From positions 1-35,309 of the forward strand of contig NKIB01000094.1 of assembly GCA_002256025.1 (NCBI GenBank): a DNA stretch of 35,309 bases, read 5' to 3'. This document shows positions 10,907 through 22,400 of the stretch, piece by piece (position 1 is the stretch's first letter; each line of letters begins with the position of its first letter). The notes under the pieces were generated by a model, which was given only the letters and a program-made list of their open reading frames with translations, searched no databases and was not told the origin of the DNA. Origin of the DNA: Asterionella formosa (lineage: Eukaryota). Both the position numbers and the translations under genes were made by a program.

Positions 10907-13900
10907 CTATGCGAATCTACCAGTTTTGATTTTCATCAAGTCCATGGCCAAATCACTCTCAACCCCATTTTTTCCCTTGTCATGCTCATTTAACTGCGTG
11001 TTCATGCCACAAAGGAGACCATCATTCTCTCCTTCGCCGTCTACTTCTAATTTTTTTTTGCCATTGCCAAACTTGAACCAGCCCCAGCCTTTTTTCTCAG
11101 GTTTCTCGGTTGCTTCATTCTGGCCAGCGCTCGTTTCCTTGTTCCCCCTCTCCTTTGTCCTACGTTGTTTCATGTGTTCCAATTTTTTGTCGTTTTCAAT
11201 TTCCTCGTCAAATTTCTTTAGTGCTCTTGTGCGCATGCAACAGAAAGTGCCCCAGCAGCACCAAACGACAAGGATGGCAACAAACACAGTCCTGATGAAC
11301 ACTCCTGATGTGTAGAGGTTAGCATTGTGAACGTCGCCCAACACAGCTAGAGGTCGTTTATCTCCCTCAGTGGGATGTTCAGAATCAGTTGGCAATCTCA
11401 AGGGAGCATTATATTGCAAAGATGGAGACAGCGATGCTGGAATCGCATTCAGCGGAGAAATCGTTGGGGTTAAACTCGGAGATGGTGAAATGGGGGCTTT
11501 GATTGGTGCGGGCGGAATTGGACGAAGTGAAGGCAATGACACTGATGGACTGGGGACGGGACTAGGCGTTGGAATTGGAATTGGTGGAAATGGCTGAATA
11601 TTGTCTAGTAGCCATGGGGCAGGAGTTACAACTTTTGCTGCACCTTGGAGAAGACCTAGGCTCTCACATGATGATCCGGAAAAGGCGTGGCAATCTCCAT
11701 TGCAAAAACCATCAACTATACAGACTCCAGATAATTCTTGAAATGCATTTGTGCAACTTTGAAGTCGCACTATATTCCCTTGAGCGTAGTTCCCATCGTT
11801 TATCGACAACCGCGATGTTGCGTCAAGAAACAAGACACCAGCAATCAAAACCTCGTTCTCCATAAAGCATGACGAGGTAACAGATAGATCAGTTTTGTTT
11901 GTGGCACTAATTGGCCCAATCTGAAAAGGCGTTAGTGCTAGAAAGAAGAATTAAACACATTTGCATTCAAATAAAACTTACTCGACTCCATCTATTTTGG
12001 GAAAATACTGATCCTGTAACCGCAATCGTGGCTGCAACAGTTGTAATTACAGCGAAAGAAGGCGTATTTTCCTTGAGAAGGAAACAGGAAACGTGAGAAA
12101 TTCTTTTGAAAATGCACACATCTCCGGTAAATGAAACTCACGTCAAAGACACAATTTACAAAGCTTATTGACATTGATTGTTCTGAAGGTGGTTGAAGCT
12201 TTTCGATGTTTCGCTGATTCAAATAAGGTTCTCCGCTTTCTTCGTTGTATACCAGGATGGCCCCGATTCCGTTGTTTTGCTTCGTGAACAAAATGACCAG
12301 AGCAGGGTGAGACAAAAGGGAAGAGGATAAACACCAACATCAGTTGACTTACCGTCCACCTACAAGAATCAAAGATTGCATGGACACTTGCGTTTGCTGC
12401 ACCAAACATAGAAACCTTTCGAGCACCAATGAATGTCAATCCAATGAAAGTTACTTCTTTAGTTGGGTTGGAAATCTTGAAATGGTTTTCCCCTCCGTAC
12501 AGCGAACAATTGTCTTCAAGTCTTCCCTCGTCTCCACATTGGATTTTGATGTTGCCACCTTTCACGTCGATTGGAGCGAACATTTCTTCGTAAAAAGCAT
12601 CGAGCAGACTGTTCGCGCAAATCTTAATTGCAACGCCTTCCCCGTTCGCTCTGGCGTCGGCGATTGCCCTTCCGAGGTGTTTCCAGTCAGAGTAACACTC
12701 TAGGATCATATAAGATGGCTCCACTGTCACAGGATGGGACGTCAATGTTGTATCATATGATGGCGTGTCGGTTAGTGGAACATCAGTAAATGATGGGGAC
12801 AAACTTGGTAGATATTTTGACAATGGGCTTGGCTTGGTTGAAGGGACCCTGGAACTCGGTGCAGAGCTTCCACTGTCATTGCAAGTCGACATTTCTAAAC
12901 AAGTTCCTCCGCATACTTGGCGCGTATCGTTAAAGCTGCATGAGACAACGGTCTCAAGGAATGTCCCATTGCACCCATTTCCACTTATATTTGCAATTTC
13001 AATATTGTCATTTTGACAGCTTTCTGCACTATCTAAACTTAGAATCGCGTTCTTCCCAACAAAGACAAGCCCTCTCGCACCCGAGAAAGTGTTTCCGTTG
13101 AATTTCGACGCGATTACCACTGCAGCACCAAATGTGCTGGATACTATGCTTTCTTGAGCGTTGTTGCTTTGAAAGATGCATTCCTCGATTTTCAAATCGC
13201 CGACGGCGCTACTAATAATTGATGTGTTTGCCCAGTTCCCCGAAAAATTGCATTTCTCGAATGTCGTGGCCGTTGATGACTGGAGAGATCGCCCTCCTAT
13301 CATTTCAGACTGAGCATCTTGATTGATGATCAGAACAGTGGCTTCGCCAGAATTATCCTCCCAAATGCACTCAGAAAATAGAAGTTTCACCTTACCACCC
13401 GAAGACAATTGAGCGTGAATCGACGACATAGATGCTTGCCGAAATATCACACCTCGTACTGAGGCCGTTACTGATGAATCTGAGCTGCCTTCGAAAACGA
13501 GATGCCTTGAAGTAGTATTCCAGAAACATCCAGCAGTGGAATTGGCACACTGGATAATTAGCGTCGCGACTGACGATGACACAGTACCTTCGCCATTTAT
13601 AGATATGCCTGGGCAGAGGATATATGTTGCTGATAAGTTGTTTAGGGCTAGATCAAAAAGAAATGATTGGGAGTCATTATAACCAATGATTCGACTGTCT
13701 AGTGAGCAGGGAACAGTTCTAGCCCCTGCTGCAAAGGAAGGCGGACCCGACCACGAAAGTCGTGCAGTTGGCTTGGAAGTAGGATGATTTGGTGGCAACT
13801 TAAATGGTTTCGCAGTCGGATGAAGAGATTGGGTTGCAGCTGGCTGTCGACTTGGAGATATAGAAGGAAATTTACTTGTTTGAGTCAAGGATGGAAGGCG

Positions 13901-15785
13901 GCTGCTGATAGTATGAGGACTTGACAGGGGTAGTAATACCGAGGGCTGAGTGGAGGAAATTTGCTCGGACGGTTCAGATGAAGTGGAAGTGAAAGGAAAT
14001 GTTAATTTTTCACATGTAGTCGCATTGAAGACATTGCAATCCCCGATGCAGGAGTCCACCGCTATACATGGAACAGTTCCTGACACGACGTTCACGCCAT
14101 TCGTGCATCCCAGATCACTATTTCTGTTGCCTTCCCCAAAAGAATTTTCGTTTTGTAGTAAGACCCCACTATTTACAAAGACTACTCCAAGACGTCCATT
14201 ATTTCCAATAAAACAAGAGCCACGCATGGCAAGACTGCCATTGTTATGAATGGATAAAGCCCCAGCTTCTCCTTCATTCCCCAGAAACATGGTACGAACA
14301 AGCACGATATTCCCATAGAAGTTGGCAATACTTCCTAGTGCAAGGCGGTTCCCTGTGAAAGAACAATCAGTGAAATTGAGGGTCATTGATTGTGCTCGAG
14401 GTGCTGTCAAAGATGCAAATGTATAATTAACAACTTCTGGGACGCTATCTGCATTGTATACCAGAACGGCAGCATGACCGATGTTTCCCTGAAACCAAAA
14501 GATAACGAGGTTAGAAATGGTCCTAATCATTCAGGCTCAACATTTCGACTCCAGGTGACTTATCACATCATCTAGTAGACTTACGTACCAACCATTCACA
14601 ATCTACAAAAGTCGCTTCCGCTTCATATGTACCCAACGCACCAATTGAAACTCTCGAAGATTGAACAAATGTGATCCCTTCGAATCGAATAGCTGTAACG
14701 TTACCTTGCAGCAGTACTTGATCTTGTCCACCAAGAATTATGCAGTTGTCTATCCTAGAACCATCTTTCCCACACTTTATAGTTTTCGATGATTCTTGAA
14801 TGATCATGGTGGCATCCCTAGAGTCAGCTCCGTATAGGCTGAGCAAAGAACCTGGACATACTATGTACACTCCTCCATGAGAATGGGTACGGACAGCTCT
14901 TGATAGGGAAGGCCAATCAGAATAGCATGCATCGGCTTTAATCATGCAAGTAGCATTAACACAATTGCTTGCATTGGCCTGCAACGTTACTCGTTCGCCT
15001 TGTGGAAGTACAATATCATCAGATTGAAAAACTCCGTCAAATTTATTGGCCGTAAAAGAAGAATCATTAACAGAAAACTTCCCTGCATTGATTGAAATGA
15101 TCTTCTCCTTCGCTGTATTGCCTCGGAAGGTTGTGTCTTGTACTGTCAAGGTGGCGACTTCGACTTCTTGCAAGACAACTGAATGTTGTAGATGATTGCC
15201 TTCAAAAATGGAGGATTCTATAACGGTCTGTACTAGGCTAGTAGTTCTACTACCGTGCCAATTCCTTTCTAGCCTTTCGGATGCAGTCGTTCCTAGAGGA
15301 TTCATAATCCAAAGAGCAGTCAAACCAGTATTGTTTTCCCATCGACAATCGCGGAAAATAATCGAAGACGTCGTATTGCTTGGGAAAATTACCACAGCGG
15401 AGAAGCTTGCACTACGAAAGGTCATCCCTTGCACTACAACGCCAATAGGGCTATTTTCAATTGCCAATTGCGTCGATCCTCCTTCTAAAATGCACTCCAA
15501 CGACGATTCGCCGGTATGGCCGCATATCAAATGTGAATGTTGAGACGATATTGACATCGGCACATCGACGGCGAAGAGAGTATATGGGCATAATATGTAG
15601 GTACAGTTGACTTCGTTTCCGCATTCTTGTGCCTTAATGTCGTTCCGCAGGGTTTGAAAGTCAGAGTATCCAAGTGTATGATTGTCTGATCGGCATAGGG
15701 AGGCCCCCTTGAAAGCTGCATCGACCGACATCTGTCTGCTCAGCACTATCAAGGTGAAAGCTATAGCAGCAAAGGAAGCTTGCAT
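10907..15785 (-). CDS. Large type-I membrane protein with 4 Cys-rich beta-helix-like modules (~1524 aa, 5 exons: 15785-14589, 14488-12353, 12279-12142, 12071-11982, 11920-10907)
   Basis: Signal peptide MQASFAAIAFTLIVLS. Four GT-AG phase-0 introns (14489-14588, 12280-12352, 12072-12141, 11921-11981; the last has a CTAAC branch point) join the ORFs into an uninterrupted repeat consensus (CEWL|GNIG, CRWT|QNNG, CVFD|ENTP, RWSR|IGPI). It also has S/T/P-rich linkers, a TM segment VFVAILVVWCCWGTFCCM and a Lys/Glu-rich tail. Confidence 0.85.
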
Positions 15786-16464
15786 TGTTCGTTTCCTTCT
15801 TGTTTTCCTAAAGTCCTTGTGGTCTCCTTCTGTGCTGGTAGTCCTTGCAAATGTTCCAAATTTGGCACGACCTGCTCTTCTGAAGTCAAAATGAAATTCC
15901 TGATTTTGTTCTCAAGTCTGGTGTTTCCAGTCTTCATCTATCGTGTACTCGCATTCGTCGTTGGAATTTATGAGGCAGTGTATCTCAGTTTCTATTTGCT
16001 CGTAATGGTTGGGGTCATCATGTACTTCTGATTGCCGGAAATACCGGTGGGGTCCTTGTCAAAATATTCAAGAAGCACATGTCATATATATGTACCATGC
16101 ACCTTTCTTCAATTTGTCAAAAAGAGCGGAATCCGGTGTTTTAGTACGGAGCAGTATGGTTTTTATGTCTAGCTATACTCGGAGCTCGGAGTAATAGCTC
16201 AAGTATTTATTATACAACATATAAAACCAAATACTTCCCGACTAATACCGAGTAGTCTAGTCTAGTAAGTAAGTAGATATGCATACGATGATACGCATGA
16301 AGGATGATATGATTTAGCGGTAGCTATATTGATATTTTTGTATTCAATCGCTCATAAAAGAGTACTGGTACATTTGTAGTTTTCCTATGACCGGCGGTAT
16401 ATATAATACCCTGGTGCTGTATAGGAAATGACCGGACATAAGAGTTCCTGCAGAAATAAATATT

Positions 16465-17370
16465 ATAATCAATCATTTCTATTTCGTCGTTATCATGGTA
16501 CATTGCTAGATTTGGCATTCCTGCATTCAATGGCCCATAGAGAGGTGGGGTGGTGGAAGGTATGTTGGTGGTCACTCCCTTGAGTAGGAGTACTATCCAT
16601 AAATTGGAGATAGCATATGGTGCCAACAATTGATGTGATTTCCCTGGGCTCGTATTTTCAATGTCAGGACTGTTTGCCACCTTGGTATGCACACATCGTT
16701 ACTACATATCCTCACAGGGTAAGCTCTTTGCCCAATGTACCATGATTCTACAGGGATTGATTGAGTTATTTTATTGTCTTTTCTGAAGTGCGAGAACGAA
16801 TTGTGGTTTGAATTTCATATTGTTTTGTGACAGCATATGTCTGAAATAATCTAGTCATATGGGTGTCATTTTTATGCTCTTGTTTTTCTGATGGCATTTT
16901 CCATGGCTGGCAACCTTATGCCCATATTATATCTTACCTTGGGACTTCCGCAAATAATGATGTGTTCATTTGTTTCTTGGCACCCACATCTTGCAAATGA
17001 GTCCTCCCCATTTTGAATAAGTTTCCTTCTGGTGTCTATGGGTAACCATCAATGTATGTACGTAGTGAGCATGGTTTTTGCTCCCTTGTTTGTTTCTGTT
17101 TGGCTCATGTAAGACTTTGCCAGCAGTCTAGGGATAATTTAGCACTATAGTTAATCTTGTGTTTCTTCATGGAATATGTCTGATACTGATGGCCTACTAC
17201 TTAATGTGTGAGTAGATCTGTGCACTGGTGAAACTGTGAATGATCTGTTCTTCAATGAGTAAGCTTGCATACATATTAGAGGGGAAGTTTCTCAATGCCC
17301 TTCTGGGACCTCCTGTATCTGTGGCTGCTTGTCGTCTGAAATATTGGGGAAAGCGAGGCCTGTCTGGTGC
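16465..17370 (-). mobile_element. 5'-truncated, internally deleted 3' fragment of the same Ambal-like LINE family as 26760-32770
   Basis: The reverse complement aligns with ~31460-32770. Shared strings include CACCAGAAGGA.ACTTATTCA, ATGTGGGTGCCAAG.AACAAATGAACACATC, GTATGCAAG.TTACTCATTG and the terminal ACTCCTA.TCAAGGGAGTGACCACCAACA motif. Confidence 0.85.
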
Positions 17371-17684
17371 TTAAAATGAATTGGACAAGCCATCAGCCAA
17401 TTATGGCATATATAAAAATAAGGAAAAAGATATTTCGTCTCCTATTCCTTCCCCCCCCCCCCCTGTTGTTGATTACCGGTAGTGTATTTTTTAATCATTT
17501 GGGACAAGTATGGTACGTGAATTGTTAGGGTAAGGGTACCGGTAAGGGTTTTCATGTCAAAAACAGGGGGACGAAAACTTTTCCATATACCGGTATACTG
17601 GTTTCGGTATGTGTGTAACATAAGGGATGAAAAAGGAAGTCAAAATGCATTTCGCTGTTTCCTGACTTTTCTTCTTGGTGGACC

Positions 17685-19151
17685 ATGACATTGTCGATCG
17701 CCGGCAGCATACGGTCCTTTTCATCCACAGCTAGATCCGTCTATGTATCTCGCCTGCGAAGAGCCTTTCTATTGAGGGCACACCCAGATCGTTTTCGATC
17801 GTTTGAGCCGTTGATTCGGCAACGTCAAGAAACGCTGTTAAAAGCAATCAGCAATCGAATGAATCAACCTGATTTTCTAGCGTTTACCTATGGAGAAAGT
17901 TCTAAAGATGCATGCTATTTCTATGAGGAGGCAGTCCTCGAGTTCTCTCTAATCAAAAACGATGGAAGCTTGGTTCATCAAATCCTCGACTTGAATCAGC
18001 GAGTGGAAGTCGTGCTTCACGGGATGGCCCATGCGTTGAGGTTGACTGGAGCAACGGCCATGCCTCCCCCACCATCAGCGCCGAAAGCTACACCATCTCC
18101 CAGGCAGCCACATCAAGGAATTCATTGGGCTAGTTCACAGACCCATAAATCCAGTGTCGACCACCAATATGATATTCATTCCATCCGAGGACGAGATCTA
18201 CGCTTCTTTCTTCAGAAACTCGATGTTCACCAGGTTCAAGCTCGACGATCCAATCGATTGGATGTTACGGCAGCAGCTTTAATCGTCCGACAAAGGTTTG
18301 GATTTAGCGCGGTTGACGGGACTGGTTTGGGCTGGTCCTCGGAGTCGTTCTCCGTACTTCTTCGATCTCTGTCTGCATTCCACGAGGAGCACTGCACGAA
18401 GCTGCCACCTACGTTTTACCCATTTCGACTCGTATGGTCGTCAGGGGATCGCGAAGATCCCCTTGATGCCTATGGTGGTATATTATATCTCGACCCAGCG
18501 TCCACTCCAATCCAATGGCTGCAGCATCTTTTGAAACTGACTGACAGTAGAGTAGACGAACACAAAGGACATCAAGTTGCTCTCATCCAAAATACTGCAC
18601 TAGTGGCTAGCCACTTGGGTGTCAAACTTGTCAAGGGCCATTCATGTCAATCACATGAGTATCATAAGCTTGTTAGCATTTTGGCAAAGTCTCTCGGTGA
18701 GGCGCCCAATGACCCATCCAGAACCACAGCACTGGCATTGGAGCGAGTTCAGGTTACAGCAGAATCTTCACAAGGTTGTCGACGAACCACTGTAACCAAT
18801 GAAGGCACGATCAGGATTGGAACATCTATGTCAGTGGACTCCATACTGCTGGGAATTTCACGCCTTGCTCCTGAGGCTCGAAAACGAATGAAGGAGAGTC
18901 AATTAGCCCGGGAAACGTCTAAAGCGATTGTGGACAGGGCTCAACAGGAGCTGGGTCTTGAACGTGTCTTTCCCGTGAAGCCACTCAAAGTTGACGACAT
19001 GACAGAGGCTTTGATTCGATTACTTCAACTTGAAGACCAGGATATTCTGCGAAAATCATTGGCGGGAAATGCATTGGCTATTGCAAGCAGCGGCCAATTC
19101 TGTCATCTTGGAGACGACGGTTCCTTCATTATTCCTATTGATTGGCACTAA
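17685..19151 (+). CDS. TCAIM: TCAIM-like protein (T-cell activation inhibitor, mitochondrial; DUF4460/DUF4461 family), probable mitochondrial targeting
   Basis: Intact single-exon 488-aa ORF. The N-terminus is Arg/Ser-rich and free of acidic residues (MTLSIAGSIRSFSSTARS). LRRAFLLRAHPDRF...QETLLKAI resembles the J-domain-like HPD motif of DUF4460, and the C-terminal GDDGSFIIPIDW fits my recollection of the family end. Recognised from memory, not by search. Confidence 0.65.
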   Translation: MTLSIAGSIRSFSSTARSVYVSRLRRAFLLRAHPDRFRSFEPLIRQRQETLLKAISNRMNQPDFLAFTYGESSKDACYFYEEAVLEFSLIKNDGSLVHQILDLNQRVEVVLHGMAHALRLTGATAMPPPPSAPKATPSPRQPHQGIHWASSQTHKSSVDHQYDIHSIRGRDLRFFLQKLDVHQVQARRSNRLDVTAAALIVRQRFGFSAVDGTGLGWSSESFSVLLRSLSAFHEEHCTKLPPTFYPFRLVWSSGDREDPLDAYGGILYLDPASTPIQWLQHLLKLTDSRVDEHKGHQVALIQNTALVASHLGVKLVKGHSCQSHEYHKLVSILAKSLGEAPNDPSRTTALALERVQVTAESSQGCRRTTVTNEGTIRIGTSMSVDSILLGISRLAPEARKRMKESQLARETSKAIVDRAQQELGLERVFPVKPLKVDDMTEALIRLLQLEDQDILRKSLAGNALAIASSGQFCHLGDDGSFIIPIDWH

Positions 19152-19447
19152 AAAGAGCACTTTGGAGAATGATTGATTCATGATGCTATCCTTATTATTG
19201 TTAATGATTCTTGAAGGACGAGTTAGATCGTCGTTGGCGCGTTGCAGTATAATCCTAGACTTTCCAATGAGTCTTGATTCCCACCTGGCTTCGCTCGTTT
19301 ATGAATTGATCTGGGAATACGAACAAAGTCCTTCGTCGAGCCGTCCAGTGACTGAACTAAATGCTTGGTGAGATCTAGCGCGTTCATGATATCATCTATG
19401 GAATCCACCACCATAAATCAATTCCTTGCACCGAAAACCACTGGAAG

Positions 19448-22400
19448 TTACCCATACGTTCCGACTGGTGCATTTTGGCCGACCTTGGCTATTTCAGGAG
19501 ATGGAGAGGCATCGCCTCGACTTTGCGTGGACCCTTCAACGTAACCACCCGAGGGTACGACAAGGGGGTCTTCCATCTTAAGGACGTCATTGTCGGGCTG
19601 GATGGTGAATTTGGGCGGCAGTATCGCGAGTTCGCTACGGAAATCCACCTCACTCGCCAGGTCTATGCTAGAATGAGCTTCTGCTTTTTGTTCAATGCTT
19701 GTTTCAATTCTACTCTCATTCAGTGATGGAATACTATTCCCATACTCCTTCTGATCCCAACTAAGGCCAGCAATACTCGATCTCCTTTTTGTATCAAGGG
19801 CATCGTTGAATTTCTTGGAATCTGCTTCCCGTTCAACTTCAAATACAGCATTTTCATTAGAAAAAACGGAATTGGTGGCCATCTCTTTTTGGGGGGCAAA
19901 CGGGCGTCTACTTTGTTTCCCCACTTGATGATAATGTGTTTTGCCCATTTCCATCTGGTCAGTATAATCTCCTAATCTCGTGTCAGTTGTCATTTCTTGT
20001 TCCGCTATAAATGATTTGTACCTGCCTTCGTCCCCGCTTCGTACGTGTTGTTGTTGGTCGAACCCAAACAAAGGGAAGAATCCTCCTTTCACTTCATGTT
20101 CTTCGTCGTGTTCATCGAAGAACTTCTCTTCGAACTGACCGAACTCAAGGGGACGGGTTTCGTCAATATTGGACAGGTAACCTAACTTTAATCGATCATG
20201 AGTGCCTGCATCGCCGCAAGCTGAATTTTTCTTTGCTCGAAGAACCATGAAGGCTGCCATTGCACCTATGCATAGCACGATGGAAATCGATATACCAACA
20301 ACGAGTTGTGTATTTAACGACTTCTCATCTTGTGTCTCCACGGCTGATCCATTTGTATTAGGTTGATTAGGCTCAGCTACCACTTCCATCGATGGCGTAC
20401 TGGAAGGGAATTGATTTGGCGCTGATTTTGGTGCCAGTGTTCCTAGATCATTGTCCGATTCGCATGTTCTGGCATCAAATTCAAGACAGCCGCCCGCGCA
20501 ATCTCCACCGTCAATACAAGGTCGTTCTAAAAAGATGCTATCACAATTCCCGATTGATACAGTGTTTTGGTTGCCAAACGTTTTCCGGAAAAAAGTCACG
20601 TTCGACGTTCGGTCGACAAAGATGATTCCTGGATATATGGCAGCGTTTCCACTCAAACAAGAATCTGATATTCCAAAGCTAGCACTATAAAAGATCCCAA
20701 TCGCGCCCACTCTCGTCATGTGGTTTTTTGATATGACTGTCTCCGAAATGTCCAATGTGCCACCTAGGTTTAGAACGATCGAAAACGATGCATTATTGGA
20801 CGAAATATTACAGTTGTCCAACCTCACATGCATTGATAAATCTTTTGGTGGCGCAAGATTCGTGAAGTCCTTCTCTGTATAAACAGAGCCTGCGATGACC
20901 TCGTTGTAAACAATGATGACTGTGCTCCCGCGATTCTCGATCCAACGACAAGACTGAAAAGTCACCAAGGCGGCTTGTTTCCCCGCTGCTTGAATGGATG
21001 CAACACTGGCATTGAAGAAAGTGAATCCATCAAAGACGACATGACCGCGAGTACTTTTGATTTTGAAATGACCTCGGCCTCCCGATACTGAACAATTTCC
21101 ATTTTCAGACGACCCTTTACCGCATGAAATGCTCAGGTTTCCATCAGCGATTTGCTCCGAAACAACTATTGGACTTACTGAATCATCATATGAATCCAAA
21201 TCAAACAGAGTATTTTCACAGACTACCAGGTTTACTGTCTTCCTTCGGTTCGATGTAGCTTGCTGAATCGCCTCGTCCAAATCAACCCAATCATCGTAGC
21301 AACCTTTAACAGGTGGTAGAACTAACTTTCCTTTAATCGGGCAAGACGCTGCAGAAAACTCATTGCATTTGTCTCCGACAAGAGCGCCGCCACACCCAGC
21401 ATCAGAATCGACGATGCCGTAGAAACTTCCGGCGCTATCAATGTTTGAACCTTCAGTCACTAAGATTGGAGTATGATTTCCCGTGAAGCACGACAACGAA
21501 ATATTTATGGATCCTTCAAACCAAACACCAACTCCACTTGCGTTTCCAGTGTTTCCAAAAAAGCCAGTTTCGCCTACATTTGCTACTCCTCCAAGGACCG
21601 CAAGGGGCGCGAAGATAACGCGATTCTTTTCAAAGTAGCATTGTTGTACGTTGATTGTCATTGAGCCTGTTGGAGAAATGGAGTTGTCCACTGCAAGACG
21701 CCGGCGAGTTCCAGGACTCTTCAGGCTCCTTATATCTCCGCCATAAACAGAAATGGCAGCAAAACCCGAATTGTAGGCAAACGCACAGTCTATGATAGAC
21801 AATATTGCATTCCTGTCCCCTGAAGCATCAATGGCTGCAATCGACGATGATAGAAAAGTGATTCCCTGAAATACGACCCCGATTGGCGACCCAGAAATCT
21901 TGAATTGTGTCGATCCACCAGATATTGAACACCTGTTCAATCGATTTCCGGACGACCCACATCGAATGACGATGTCGCTGATATCAATTTCTATTGCATT
22001 GAATTCACCAGGGAACACTGTTGTATCCTCGCATAAAGTTAATATTGATCCTCTCTGCATTCGCCTCATGGTGACTACTGTCTCTGCAAGTATTTCCCAA
22101 TCAGCAATGCAACCCAACCGAGACTCACCTTGGCATTCATGTAGGTCAAAACCGATACATTCTCCAGTAGCACCTTTTACAACTGCCTTGCAAATATCCT
22201 TTCCCTTACCAGATGAACCAAGATTTTCGGATCCAAAATTTTGCAACATATCAACAGTTGATTCTGCATCGATGGAAACTAGACCACGTGGTCCACTAAA
22301 AGTGTTGTTTGTAAAACAGGTTGCTCTGAGAAGCAATTGTCCCCGTTCCTTGATGTACACTAAACTTCCACCAACATGATTTGATTCAAAAGCGGCAATA

